Of a DNA stretch of 64,000 nt, positions 38,903 through 49,026 are shown in pieces. The position numbers were made by a program, and so were the translations under genes. Origin of the DNA: Dehalococcoidia bacterium (lineage in GTDB: Bacteria; Chloroflexota; Dehalococcoidia; UBA2979); the NCBI GenBank assembly GCA_965247925.1, contig CBDFIB010000004.1:1862844-1926843 (forward strand), in the 5' to 3' direction. A model generated the notes under the pieces. The model ran no database searches, was not told the origin of the DNA, and was given only the letters and a program-made list of their open reading frames with translations. The stretch's first letter is position 1; the number at the start of each line of letters is the position of its first letter.

Positions 38903-41338
38903 GTGATGGCCCGAACGAATACCCGCCGAAGCACAAGCCGTCCCACGCCGGGCGCGCGCTCGCGATCCATCATGCGTCGCGTACTGCGCCCCGAGATCGT
39001 CGGCACCGTCCTCGTCGTCCTCGCAGCGGCGCTGCTGCTCTACCTGCTCCCGCAGATCCCGCTCACCCGCATCGTGAACGATGCCCGCGACGAACTCGTC
39101 GGGGCGTTCGGGCTGCACGTCTTCACGCTCGTCGTGCTGACGCTGGCGGTCGGCCTGCTGCTCGCGCTGCGCCAGGGCAAGCGGCTGCGAGGGCACGCGA
39201 GGCACCTCGCCGGCGCGGCCCTGCTACTGGTGTTCAGCGCGGGCGCGCTCGGCTTCTGGGCCCCCGACGTGATCGTCGGCGAGGTGGACCTCGGCGACGC
39301 CTCGGCAGGCGGGAGCGTCGGCGGGGCGCTCACGGGTGGCGGGATCGCAACGATCGCCTGGGTCGCGGCGCTCGTGGTCGGCTTCACGCTGCTCTGGCCG
39401 CGCACGGCGCTGGCGCTGCTGCGCGCGGCGCCGCCCGCCCTCGGGCGCAGTCTCTCCTGGCTCTGGCGCCACGCGATCAGGCCCGCCGGCCGATCCGTCG
39501 CCGCGTATGTCCGCAGCTACCGGATGCGCCGCAGCGATCCCGCGGCGGGGAGTCACCCCTACGCCGACCTCCGCGCCGACCGGCCGATCGGGTCCGGCCT
39601 GCCCACGCGGCTCGAAAGCGGGTCGGCTCCCGCCGCCGCGGACCTCGAGCCCGCGCCCACCGAAGAAGCCGCGCCTGCGGAGCCGCCGCCGCCCAAGCAG
39701 ATCGAGATGGACCTCGAACACGACGTCAGCGGCTGGCGTCACTCCAGCGACGGCTGGCAGCTCCCGCCGATCGAGCTGCTCGCCGAGGCGGAGCCGCTCG
39801 CGCCCGAGCTGGGCGACCAGCAGCGGCGCGCCGAGCTGATCGTCGAGACGCTCGCCTCCTTCGGCGTCGAGGCGCGCGTCTCGACGATCAACGAGGGCCC
39901 GACGGTCACCCAGTTCGGCGTCGAGCCCGGCTGGGACGTCCGCACGCGCACCGTGGCCGAGCGCACCCCCGAGGGCGCCGCCCTCCTCGACGACGAGGGC
40001 CAGCCCCGCACCCGGCAGATCGAGGTCTCGCGCACGCGCGTGCGCGTGAACCGCATCACCGCGCTGCAGAACGACCTCGCGCTCGCGCTCGCGACGCCCG
40101 CGCTGCGCATCGAGGCGCCGGTCCCCGGCCGGTCGGTCGTGGGCATCGAGGTGCCGAACGCCAGCTCGGCGGTGGTGACGCTGCGCAGCGTGCTGGAGTC
40201 GCGCGAGTTCGCGAAGGCGGCGGGCAAGTCGCCGCTGCCGATCGCCCTCGGCTCCGGCGTGTCCGGCTCGCCGGTGGTCGCCGACCTCGCGGAGATGCCG
40301 CACCTGCTGATCGCGGGCGCGACCGGCTCGGGCAAGTCGGTCTGCCTCAACTCGATCATCGCCTGCCTGCTGATGAACCTCTCGCCCGAGCAGTTGCGCT
40401 TCGTGCTGATCGACCCGAAGCGTGTCGAGCTCGCCGCGTTCGCCGACGTGCCGCACCTCGCGTTCAGCGAGATCGTGGTCGACATGGACAAGGTGGTCGG
40501 CGCGCTCCAGGCCGTCATCCACGAGATGGAGACGCGCTACCGCCGCTTCGCCAAGGTCGGCGTGCGTAACCTCGAGCGCTACAACGAGCAGGCCGGGAGC
40601 GGTCGCCTGCCCTACTGGGTGGTCGTCATCGACGAGCTCGCGGACCTGATGCTCGCCGCGCCCTACCAGGTGGAGCACCAGCTCGTGCGCCTCGCGCAGC
40701 TCGCGAGGGCGACCGGCATCCACCTCGTGGTCGCCACGCAGCGGCCCTCGGTGGACGTGGTGACGGGGCTGATCAAGGCGAACTTCCCCACGAGGATCGC
40801 GTTCGCCGTCTCCTCGCACGTGGACTCGCGCACGATCCTCGACGGCGGTGGCGCTGAGAAGTTGCTCGGCAAGGGCGACATGCTCTTCCAGCCGAAGGAC
40901 CAGGGGAAGCCGACCCGCCTGCAGGGCGTCTACGTCTCAGACGGAGAGATCGACGATGTCGTGGACTTCTGGACGAACGGCCGCTTCGAGAACCTGCGCC
41001 CGCCCAGCTTCGACGAGCTGATCGACGAAGTCGCCGAGGAGGTCGCCGCCCTCGAGGCGCGCGGCGCCGCGGGGCCCCCCTCATCCGAGGTCGACCCGAT
41101 GATTACGAAGGCCCTCGAGCTGGCCCGTGAGCACGACCACATCTCGACGTCGCTGCTGCAGCGCCGCCTGCGCATCGGCTACCCACGCGCCGCGCGCGTC
41201 ATGGACGAGCTCGAGGAGCAGGGTGTCGTCGGCGCCTCCGAGGGCGGCTCCGGCAGCCGCCCCGTCCTCCTCGACGACGACGGTGGTGCGGAGTCTGCGC
41301 CTGTCGCGGGTGCGCCGGTGGTGGATCGGGAGGGGTAG
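38903..41338 (+). CDS. ftsK: DNA translocase FtsK/SpoIIIE
   Basis: N-terminal TM segments and a linker precede the ATPase domain (GATGSGKS; DELADLM). A C-terminal gamma winged-helix domain (LLQRRLRIGYPRAARVMDELE) follows. Confidence 0.85.
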   Translation: MMARTNTRRSTSRPTPGARSRSIMRRVLRPEIVGTVLVVLAAALLLYLLPQIPLTRIVNDARDELVGAFGLHVFTLVVLTLAVGLLLALRQGKRLRGHARHLAGAALLLVFSAGALGFWAPDVIVGEVDLGDASAGGSVGGALTGGGIATIAWVAALVVGFTLLWPRTALALLRAAPPALGRSLSWLWRHAIRPAGRSVAAYVRSYRMRRSDPAAGSHPYADLRADRPIGSGLPTRLESGSAPAAADLEPAPTEEAAPAEPPPPKQIEMDLEHDVSGWRHSSDGWQLPPIELLAEAEPLAPELGDQQRRAELIVETLASFGVEARVSTINEGPTVTQFGVEPGWDVRTRTVAERTPEGAALLDDEGQPRTRQIEVSRTRVRVNRITALQNDLALALATPALRIEAPVPGRSVVGIEVPNASSAVVTLRSVLESREFAKAAGKSPLPIALGSGVSGSPVVADLAEMPHLLIAGATGSGKSVCLNSIIACLLMNLSPEQLRFVLIDPKRVELAAFADVPHLAFSEIVVDMDKVVGALQAVIHEMETRYRRFAKVGVRNLERYNEQAGSGRLPYWVVVIDELADLMLAAPYQVEHQLVRLAQLARATGIHLVVATQRPSVDVVTGLIKANFPTRIAFAVSSHVDSRTILDGGGAEKLLGKGDMLFQPKDQGKPTRLQGVYVSDGEIDDVVDFWTNGRFENLRPPSFDELIDEVAEEVAALEARGAAGPPSSEVDPMITKALELAREHDHISTSLLQRRLRIGYPRAARVMDELEEQGVVGASEGGSGSRPVLLDDDGGAESAPVAGAPVVDREG

Positions 41339-41361
41339 CGGGCGACGCGGCTACAGGGCCG

Positions 41362-41958
41362 TCAGGAACTCGCGAACCGAATCAAGAGCACTGTGATCGA
41401 GATCCCAATAGCCCTTCTGAGCCGCGAATCCCACGGAAACGTGCGGATCCGGTCTCGTCGCCAGCCATGCATGGGCGCGGGCCTTGTCTGGTCGCCTGAT
41501 GGTGGAGTCGGATGCACCCTCGACGCACTCGAGAAGGCCTCGATGCAGTCGCTCTCGGGGCTGCTTGCGAAGGTCTCGCAAAGCAGTGTTTCGAGCATGC
41601 CCGACCGGTCGTCACCAGGCAGGATCAGCACCGTGACGGCGGGCTCCCCGTCGACGCGCTGCCCTGGTGTGTCCGGTGCAGGCAATCCCGCAGCTTGCAG
41701 CGAGCCCTGGACGCTTTGGAACGCGCCCGCGGCGTTCTGCTCCGCATCGCGGACGATGCCGAGGCGGCTGATGCTCCCGAAGTTGGGGGCACTCGCGAGC
41801 AGGCGCAGGAAGGGTCGCAGTTCGCTCACGCCACCGAAGTTCTGTACCTGGACATCGCTGAGTTGCAGGTGCACGACGAGGGCTTCGAAGAAGTTGAACT
41901 GGTCCCGGCCCTCGACGAGCAACTGGATGCGCTTGCCGATGTCCTGCGGCTCCGGCAC
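41362..41958 (-). CDS. TOPRIM-like small partner protein of the AAA_21 ATPase (DUF4276/RloB-like)
   Basis: 198 aa with a GTG start overlapping the ATPase stop (TAGTG) and GAGGTG 6 nt upstream. An N-terminal IQLLVEGRDQFNFFEAL (conserved Glu) and ILPGDDRSGMLE (acidic DxD-like) suggest a TOPRIM-type nuclease fold. Confidence 0.5.
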   Translation of the reverse strand: MPEPQDIGKRIQLLVEGRDQFNFFEALVVHLQLSDVQVQNFGGVSELRPFLRLLASAPNFGSISRLGIVRDAEQNAAGAFQSVQGSLQAAGLPAPDTPGQRVDGEPAVTVLILPGDDRSGMLETLLCETFASSPESDCIEAFSSASRVHPTPPSGDQTRPAPMHGWRRDRIRTFPWDSRLRRAIGISITVLLIRFASS

Positions 41959-42500
41959 TACCGCACCTCGAAGTAGTGCTTGACGGCTGCTGCGGCGATG
42001 TCGGGGTCGTAGGTGACGGCGCGGACACCCCCCTCGACCATGTCGAGCCGGTGGTAGCGGAACGCATCGGGGTCCAGCGACTTCTGCGCGGCCTCGAAGC
42101 ACTCGTAGCTGTGCGTGGTGGCGAAGACCTGCGTGTCGGCGTCCGCCGCCGCCTTCCCGACCACCTTCCACAGGTCCGGCAACACGGAGTGGTGGAACCC
42201 GTTTTCGATCTCATCGACCAGCAGGAGGCTGCCGGCGGCATGTTCGATCGACAGCACCACTTCCGCGAGGTGGATCATGCCCTCCCCGACCACGGTCAGG
42301 GGCACGAGCTCGGGGAGGCCAATGTCGCACCAGATCATGGGCTTGTCGCGCCCCGGAAGAAACTCGATGCTTTGGAGCCTGGGTTCGACGACCCGGAGTG
42401 CGTCGAGGAGCAGGTGGCCTCGCTTGAGCTTGTTCAGGTTACCCAGGCGGTTCGCCAACTCGCCTTGATCGGCGGGGGCGCGCGACAACAGGATCGCCGC
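41958..42500 (-). pseudogene. AAA_21/OLD-type ABC-like ATPase, C-terminal fragment (gene interrupted by a group II intron)
   Basis: It has Walker B/D-loop (GSLLLVDEIENGFHH) and an H-loop (VFATTHS). Its N-terminal boundary coincides with the intron 5' flank, which is uncertain at 42440-42610. Confidence 0.6.
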
Positions 42501-44445
42501 ATCGAATGGGAAAGGGTGATCTGGGAGCGCCAAGCTAACTGGTGTTTGGGGAGGAGGTGGAAGTCCTCTGCGGCAAAGGAACAAGCCATTCCATGCCGCT
42601 CCGCGAGCCGTGCGCGGGTCACCGCGAGGTGGCCCGTGAAGCGTCGGTAGCGGGGTATGCGGGCAGAGCTATTGAGCATCGAAAGGACAATCCGGAGTGC
42701 CGAGACCCTCTAGTTGGTTGAAGGCAGCACCGGCCACGGCGTGATGGGCGAGACGTGGCCGGGCTCCGCGGTGTCGAAGAACTCATGCACGCATGCACGT
42801 CCAACACCGGGACTTGGGAGGGCTGCGCGCCGTCCCGGCGGGTCGTACGCCGGGACCGCATCGGGAAGGGAAGCAACCGGAGCCGATGATGCACGACGCG
42901 CAGCAGTCTGACGCGGGCGTAGTAGCGATGAAGGCGGCGAACAAGGGGGAGCAATTCCCGGCGGAGCCGCTGGAGCGAAGGGCCGCGGCCGAGAGGAATC
43001 CGCGAAGCACCGGCACGGTCCGGACGCAGAGTCGGGGTGCGGTGTCACCTGGAGCGGAGCGGATACGGCAGTTTGCAAAGGAGAATCCGGGGGAGAGGCT
43101 CACCGCGCTTCTGCACCACATCACGCCGGAGGCGCTCCGGGATGCGTATCTCGCGCTCAAGCGGGACGCAGCCCCGGGCGTGGACGGGATGACATGGCGC
43201 GAGTACGGGGACGGGCTGGACGAGCGATTGCTCGACCTGCACGGCCGCGTACACCGTGGAGCGTACCGGGCGACTCCCGTGCGGCGGGTGGAGATCCCGA
43301 AGCCGGACGGGGGCGTGCGACCGCTGGGTATTGCGTCGCTGGAGGACAAGATCGTCCAGCGGGCGGTGGTGGAGCAGATCCTGAACCCGATCTACGAATC
43401 GGAGTTCTACGGATTCAACTACGGGTTCAGGCCGGGGCGCTCGGCGCACGATGCGCTGGACGCGCTGGCCTACGCGGTGGATCGGCGCAAGGTCAACTGG
43501 ATAGTGGAGGTGGACATCCGCCAGTACTTCGACAGCATCGACCGGGAGCAGCTGATGCAGCTCCTGGAGATGCGCATCGGGGACCAGCGGGTACTGCGTC
43601 TCATCCGGAAGTGGCTGAACGCCGGCGTCATCGACGCGGGGCTGGAGGTCGACGTGGTGCGGGGGACGCCGCAGGGGGCGGTGATATCGCCGCTGCTGGC
43701 GAACGTGTACCTGCACCACGTGCTGGACCGTTGGTTCGCGCGGGAATGGCGGCCGCGGGAGGTCCGGGGCGAGGCGTATCTCGTGAGGTACGCCGATGAT
43801 TTCGTCCTGGGGTTTGAGCGCCGCAGCGATGCGGAGCGATTCATGGAGGCGGTCGGGGAGCGGTTCGCTACGTACGGACTGGAAGTGCACCCGGAGAAGA
43901 CGCGCCTGTTGGAGTTCGGCAGGTTCGCGAGAGCGGACCGTGCGAAGCGCGGGGAAGGACGACCGGAGACGTTCGACTTTCTCGGGTTCACGCATTACTG
44001 CCGGACTCAGCGGAACGGGCGTTTCGGGCTGGGGCGCAAGCCGGTGGCGAAGCGAATGCGCCGCACACTGCAGGCCATCAAGGCCGAGTTGCGGAAACGC
44101 ATGCACGCGAACCCGAAGGTGACGGGTCGGTGGCTCGGGCGGGTGCTGCGCGGGTGGCTTGGCTACTACGCGGTGCCGACGAGCGCTCCGTCGCTGTCGC
44201 GGTTCGTCTGGTTCCTGAGGCGGCTGTGGCTGCGCGTCCTCCACCGGAGGTCGCAGCGGGGCTACTTCACCTGGGAGCGCCTGAACGCACTGTGCCGGGA
44301 ACTCTGGCCCCGCGTCACTATCCTCCATCCGTGGCCGTCGGAGCGATTTGCCGTCAGGACTCAAGGCGGGAGCCGTATGCGTTAACGCGCTCGTACGGAT
44401 CCGTGCGGGGGGCGCCGGGCAACCGGCGCTCCTACCGCGAGCCAT
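42500..44445 (+). mobile_element. bacterial group II intron (ORF in domain IV, no En domain), inserted antisense within the ATPase gene
   Basis: It encodes an RT/maturase. A domain V-like hairpin, GAGCCGTATGCGTTAACGCGCTCGTACGGATC, lies at about 44371..44404, followed by a short domain VI-like tail ending ...GAGCCAT near 44445. The 5' end is not fixed; a GTGCG lies at 42605, but more 5' sequence is expected. Confidence 0.6.
42886..44385 (+). CDS. group II intron reverse transcriptase/maturase
   Basis: RT domains 0-7 are present (APGVDGMT, RRVEIPKPDGGVRPLGI, FYGFNYGFRPGRSAHDA, RYADDFVLG). A maturase X domain (RGWLGYYAV) follows, and there is no HNH/En domain. The ORF track extends the frame back to 42793. 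Confidence 0.85.
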   Translation: MMHDAQQSDAGVVAMKAANKGEQFPAEPLERRAAAERNPRSTGTVRTQSRGAVSPGAERIRQFAKENPGERLTALLHHITPEALRDAYLALKRDAAPGVDGMTWREYGDGLDERLLDLHGRVHRGAYRATPVRRVEIPKPDGGVRPLGIASLEDKIVQRAVVEQILNPIYESEFYGFNYGFRPGRSAHDALDALAYAVDRRKVNWIVEVDIRQYFDSIDREQLMQLLEMRIGDQRVLRLIRKWLNAGVIDAGLEVDVVRGTPQGAVISPLLANVYLHHVLDRWFAREWRPREVRGEAYLVRYADDFVLGFERRSDAERFMEAVGERFATYGLEVHPEKTRLLEFGRFARADRAKRGEGRPETFDFLGFTHYCRTQRNGRFGLGRKPVAKRMRRTLQAIKAELRKRMHANPKVTGRWLGRVLRGWLGYYAVPTSAPSLSRFVWFLRRLWLRVLHRRSQRGYFTWERLNALCRELWPRVTILHPWPSERFAVRTQGGSRMR

Positions 44446-44929
44446 TCGATCTTGACCCCTGTCCCTCCGAGCGACTCGATGAGCGAGCATCCTTACCCGG
44501 CTGACTGTAGCGCAAGGCAAGCTTCGGCCTGAGCGATGCCTGCGATGACACGTCTTTCAGGGACCGGCGCTTCGCCGATCCGATCGGGACTTCCGGGGTT
44601 GTTGGCCACTCCCTCTCGATGCTGAGCGTCCATGCGCCAAACGCCTTATGGGTCACGGCGACTTCAATGGCTGCCTGATGGTCCAACCCGTTGAACAACT
44701 CCCGCCACGGCGCCGCATCGCGGAGGCTATCGCGCGCGCCGTCGGTGCGGATCAGGTTCGTGTCGAGCGCCCCTCCCGGGTTCCCGGCCGTGGACAGCAG
44801 GAATAGCGCTTCAAGCAGGCTGGTCTTACCGGAGTTGTTGCGGCCGCCGATCAGGTTGATGCGCGCGAGTTCATCCATCTCGAGGTCGCGCAGAGCGCGG
44901 AAGTTCTTGATGTGGAGACGTTCGAGCAT
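44446..44929 (-). pseudogene. AAA_21/OLD-type ATPase, N-terminal fragment with Walker A
   Basis: It starts MLERLHIKNFRALRDLEMDELARINLIGGRNNSGKTSLLEAL. The frame runs into intron sequence and reaches a stop at 44432. Confidence 0.65.
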
Positions 44930-45010
44930 CGCAGTCAGCCCATGTGTCTGGCCCGTACGGACCCGGAGCAGCGGTCAGCCGTAGTGTAGACCCTCGCCCG
45001 CTGACCCGCC

Positions 45011-47122
45011 CTACCTCCCCCGCCGCCGCCCGCCGCGGCGCCCGCCGCCGCCATTCGCGCGCTGCGGGCGCGGCGAGGGGGACTCGAAGGCGCGCAGGCC
45101 CTCGGGGGTGTCGCCGACGAGTTCGCGGCGCAGCTCGACGATCCGGTCGCGGAGCTGGGCCGCGCGCTCGAACTCCAACTCGCGCGCCGCAGACTTCATC
45201 TGCGACTCCAGCTCCTTGATCATCCGCAGCAGTTCGTCGCGCGGCAGGTCCGTGGCGACGACGTATGCGGGCGACTCCTCGGCGACGCGCAGGCCGTCGG
45301 TGATGTCGCGGATCTGCTTGCTGATGCCCTCGGGCTCGATGCCGTTCTGCTCGTTCCAGGCGACCTGGATCGCGCGCCGGCGTCCCGTCTCGTCGAGGGC
45401 GGTGTGCATCGATTGCGTGACGGTGTCGGCGTACATGATCACGCGGCCCCCGGCGTGGCGGGCGGCACGGCCGATCGTCTGGATCAGTGACCCGCCGGAG
45501 CGCAGGAAGCCCTCCTTGTCGGCGTCGAGGATGCAGACCAGCGAGACCTCGGGCAGGTCGAGGCCCTCGCGCAGCAGGTTGATACCGACGAGCACGTCGT
45601 ACACGCCCTGGCGCAGGTCGCGGAGGATGTCGACGCGCTCGAGGGTGTCGATCTCGGAGTGGAGGTACTGCGCCTTCACGTCCATCTCGATCAGGTAGTC
45701 GGTCAGGTCCTCGGCCATCTTCTTGGTCAGCGTCGTCACCAGCACGCGCTCGCGGCGCTCCGCCCGCGTGCGCACCTCGGCGAGCAGGTCGTCGATCTGC
45801 CCCTGCGTCTCGCGCACCTCGACGATGGGATCGGGGAGGCCGGTCGGGCGGATCACCTGCTCGGCGACCTGCTGCGAGCGCTCCAGCTCGAACGGGCCGG
45901 GCGTCGCGGAGACGAAGATCACCTGGTTGAGGTGATCCTCGAACTCGGCGAAGTTGAGCGGGCGATTGTCGAGCGCCGAGGGCAACCGGAAGCCGAAGTC
46001 GACCAGCGTCTCCTTGCGCCGGATGTCCCCGAAGTACATCCCCCGGATCTGCGGCACGGCGATGTGCGACTCGTCGATGAAGACCAGCCAGTCGTCCGGG
46101 AAGTAGTCGAGCAGTGTCCACGGCGTGGAGCCTTCGGCGCGGCCCTGCAGGTGCCGCGAGTAGTTCTCGATACCCGAGCAGTAGCCGCTCTCGCGCAGCA
46201 TCTCCAGGTCGTAGCGCGTGCGCTCCTCGAGCCGCGTCGCCTCGAGGATGCGGCCCTCGCGGCGCAGCGCGACGGAGCGCTCGCGCAGCTCCTCCTCGAT
46301 GTTGGTGATGGCGACCTCGAGACGGTCGCTGGAGGTCACGAAGTGCTTCGCCGGGTAGATCGAGAAGCGCTCCTGCGCCGTCAGCAGCTCGCCGGAGAGC
46401 GGATCGACGGTGACGATGCGCTCGATCTCGTCGCCCCAGAAGTCGACGCGCACGGCGAGGTCCTCGTAGGCGGGGAAGATCGTCAGCGTGTCGCCGCGCA
46501 CGCGGAAGGTGCCGCGCACGAGGTTCATATCGTTGCGCGCGTACTGCATGTCGATCAGCTGGCGGATCAGCGAGTTGCGGTTGACGTGCCGCCCGACGTG
46601 CAGCTTCGCGACGAACGACTCGTACTCGCCCGGCTCGCCGAGGCCGTAGATGCAGGACACCGAGGCGACGATCAGCACGTCGCGGTGTTCAAACAGCGCC
46701 CGTGTCGCCGAATGGCGCATCTTGTCGATCTCTTCGTTGATGTCGGCGTCCTTGGCGATGTAGGTGTCCGAGCGCGGGACGTACGCCTCGGGCTGGTAGT
46801 AGTCGTAGTACGAGACGAAGTACTCGACCGCGTTGCGCGGGAAGAAGTCGCGGAACTCCGAGGTCAGTTGCGCGGCCAGCGTGCGGTTGGGCGCGAGCAC
46901 CAGCGTCGGCCCTGGTTGGCGCTGGGCGATGATGTTCGCCATCGTAAAGGTCTTGCCGGAGCCGGTGGCTCCATTGTACGCCGCAGCGAGCATGGTCTGC
47001 ATCGCCAGACCGCGATCGAGGCCCTCACTGAGCTGCTCGATCGCCTGCGGCTGGTCGCCCGTCGGGCGGAAGTCGCTGACCAGTTCGAACCCGGTGCTCG
47101 CTGTGGTGGTCACGCGTTCCAT
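45011..47122 (-). CDS. uvrB: excinuclease ABC subunit B
   Basis: 703 aa with the helicase motifs GATGSGKT and the beta-hairpin region, plus a C-terminal UvrB/UvrC interaction domain ([16 protein letters not shown]). Confidence 0.9.
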   Translation of the reverse strand: MERVTTTASTGFELVSDFRPTGDQPQAIEQLSEGLDRGLAMQTMLAAAYNGATGSGKTFTMANIIAQRQPGPTLVLAPNRTLAAQLTSEFRDFFPRNAVEYFVSYYDYYQPEAYVPRSDTYIAKDADINEEIDKMRHSATRALFEHRDVLIVASVSCIYGLGEPGEYESFVAKLHVGRHVNRNSLIRQLIDMQYARNDMNLVRGTFRVRGDTLTIFPAYEDLAVRVDFWGDEIERIVTVDPLSGELLTAQERFSIYPAKHFVTSSDRLEVAITNIEEELRERSVALRREGRILEATRLEERTRYDLEMLRESGYCSGIENYSRHLQGRAEGSTPWTLLDYFPDDWLVFIDESHIAVPQIRGMYFGDIRRKETLVDFGFRLPSALDNRPLNFAEFEDHLNQVIFVSATPGPFELERSQQVAEQVIRPTGLPDPIVEVRETQGQIDDLLAEVRTRAERRERVLVTTLTKKMAEDLTDYLIEMDVKAQYLHSEIDTLERVDILRDLRQGVYDVLVGINLLREGLDLPEVSLVCILDADKEGFLRSGGSLIQTIGRAARHAGGRVIMYADTVTQSMHTALDETGRRRAIQVAWNEQNGIEPEGISKQIRDITDGLRVAEESPAYVVATDLPRDELLRMIKELESQMKSAARELEFERAAQLRDRIVELRRELVGDTPEGLRAFESPSPRPQRANGGGGRRGGRRRGR

Positions 47123-47277
47123 TGTACGCCGCGGCGAGCCGTACGCGACCAGCGGGCGTCAGTCCGCCGGAAACAATCTAGCACACACATTCCGATCCGT
47201 CGCCTCGCTCCACACCGCGCTATGCTGCCCGGCGGAGCAGATCAGGACCGCACGGCGCGACGCCGGGGAGGTGAACG

Positions 47278-48003
47278 ATGCGGCTCGAGGGCAAGGTCGC
47301 GATGGTCACGGGGGCAGCCTCCGGTATCGGGCGCGCCACGGCGCAGACGCTCGCCCGCGAGGGCGCGGCCGTGATGTGCGCCGACATCAACACCGAGGGC
47401 GCACAGGAGACGGCGGACGCGATCGCCGCCGACGGCGGGACGGCCGCGATCGTCCAGCTGGACGTGACCGACGAAGCTGCCGTGCAGGCTGCCCTCGCGG
47501 CCACGGTCGAGGAACTCGGCGCGCTGCACATCCTTATCAACGACGCCGGGATCAGCGGCCGCGGAGCCGAGTACCACTCCGTGATCGACGTAAATCTCAA
47601 CGGCGTCTACTACTGCCTGGAGCACGGCGCCCCGCTGATCGAACAGCACGGCGGCGGTGCAATCGTCAGCCTCTCCTCGATCATGGGCCTCGTGGGCGGC
47701 TCTGCGCCGGCCTACACGGCCTCCAAGCATGGCGTGCTCGGCCTGACGCGGACCTACGCCCTGATCTATGGCGGGCGCGGCGTGCGAGTGAACTGCGTGA
47801 ACCCCGGCTACATCGAGACCCCGATGACGGAGTTCATGCTGCGCGACGAGACGCGGCGCGAGGCGTCGATCGGTCTGCACCCGATCGGGCGCCTCGGGAA
47901 GCCCGAGGACGTGGCGAACGCGATCCTCTTCCTCGCGAGTGACGACGCCTCGTTCGTGACCGGCGTGGCGCTGCCCGTGGACGGCGGCTACACCGCCCAG
48001 TAG
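47278..48003 (+). CDS. SDR family oxidoreductase
   Basis: It has TGAASGIGRA, NDAG and YTASKHG motifs. Confidence 0.75.
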   Translation: MRLEGKVAMVTGAASGIGRATAQTLAREGAAVMCADINTEGAQETADAIAADGGTAAIVQLDVTDEAAVQAALAATVEELGALHILINDAGISGRGAEYHSVIDVNLNGVYYCLEHGAPLIEQHGGGAIVSLSSIMGLVGGSAPAYTASKHGVLGLTRTYALIYGGRGVRVNCVNPGYIETPMTEFMLRDETRREASIGLHPIGRLGKPEDVANAILFLASDDASFVTGVALPVDGGYTAQ

Positions 48004-48033
48004 TCCTTGAGGCAGTAGTCCGCGCGCCGAGGC

Positions 48034-48837
48034 TCAGTCTTCGCCGAACCAGAAGCGGCGCGCGTTGCCGCCCGCGATCGCCTCGATCGCGTCATCGGGG
48101 ACCGGCAACTTGCCGTCGAGCAGCAGCATGAGGTCGGCCAGGTACTCGTCGAGGCCCCCGGAGGCCGGGTAGTTCGAGCCCCAGACGATACGCTCCGCCC
48201 CGAACGCCTCCACCGCCTGCGCGACCACGGGGTAGACCGCCTCGTGCGGGTGTGGGGCGTAGCGGCTCGGGAACGAGAGCTGGAACATCACGCCGGGATG
48301 GCGCGCCAGGTCCCAGACCGGCTGCTGCGGCGCGAAGTCGGGCGCGTCCTGCAGGCGCGGCGTCGCGAGGTGCGAGAGCATCACGCGCGTCTCCGGGTGG
48401 CGCGCGATCGCCGCCTCGAGGTACGGGACCCAGTCGGCCGGCGCGTGATGGGGCATCGCCTGGATGATGAGGCCGAGGTGCGCCGCGGCCATCACCAGCT
48501 CCGGCCGCTCGAACATCATCTCCGAGGTGAGCCGCACGCCCTTAAGGTCGCCGCCCTCGGCCAGCTCCGCGAGCTGATCGCGCGCCCGCGGATCACGGTG
48601 ATTCACCAGGCCGACGCAGGCAACAGTGTCCGGGTGCTCGCGGGTGAGACCGCCGAGATAGGCGTTGTCGTACTCGCCCATGTGCTGGACGATCACCACG
48701 CGGCTCACGCCCGCCTGGTCGAGCGCCCCTCGCAGCGTCTCGTACGGGTAGTACTTGCTCAGTCCGCAGTGCGTGTAGCCGTCGATGACCTCGAAGGGGT
48801 GGACGGGCGGCGGAGCCGCTGCCGCGCTCACGATGCC
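48034..48837 (-). CDS. amidohydrolase 2 family (TIM-barrel metal-dependent hydrolase) protein
   Basis: It has HPFEVIDGYTHCG (the HxH-like metal ligand region) and a C-terminal conserved ...ERIVWGSNYP. The start is uncertain (the ORF frame runs to 48960). Confidence 0.6.
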   Translation of the reverse strand, partial: GIVSAAAAPPPVHPFEVIDGYTHCGLSKYYPYETLRGALDQAGVSRVVIVQHMGEYDNAYLGGLTREHPDTVACVGLVNHRDPRARDQLAELAEGGDLKGVRLTSEMMFERPELVMAAAHLGLIIQAMPHHAPADWVPYLEAAIARHPETRVMLSHLATPRLQDAPDFAPQQPVWDLARHPGVMFQLSFPSRYAPHPHEAVYPVVAQAVEAFGAERIVWGSNYPASGGLDEYLADLMLLLDGKLPVPDDAIEAIAGGNARRFWFGED

Positions 48838-49026
48838 GCCTCGCGGGATACGGGGCGGTCGAGGCCCCGTGCCGAGTAGACGATGCTCACGTTGACCTCC
48901 CTGAGTCGCCCCGAGGGCCGGGAATCCTTGCCGCCCGCAGTCTAGCGAAGCGCATGACACGCCGCGGACAGCGGCCCGACCTGCGGTCCGCGGCAGCCGG
49001 GGCTAGAGTGGGCCGCTGGAGGCGGC

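Noticed and set aside
36517-39006. 829-aa minus-strand ORF
   Set aside because: It is antisense to udg and rnj and has no motifs.
39224-40819. 531-aa minus-strand ORF
   Set aside because: It is antisense to ftsK.
43045-44520. 491-aa minus-strand ORF
   Set aside because: It is antisense to the group II intron RT. The RT frame has all the conserved blocks.
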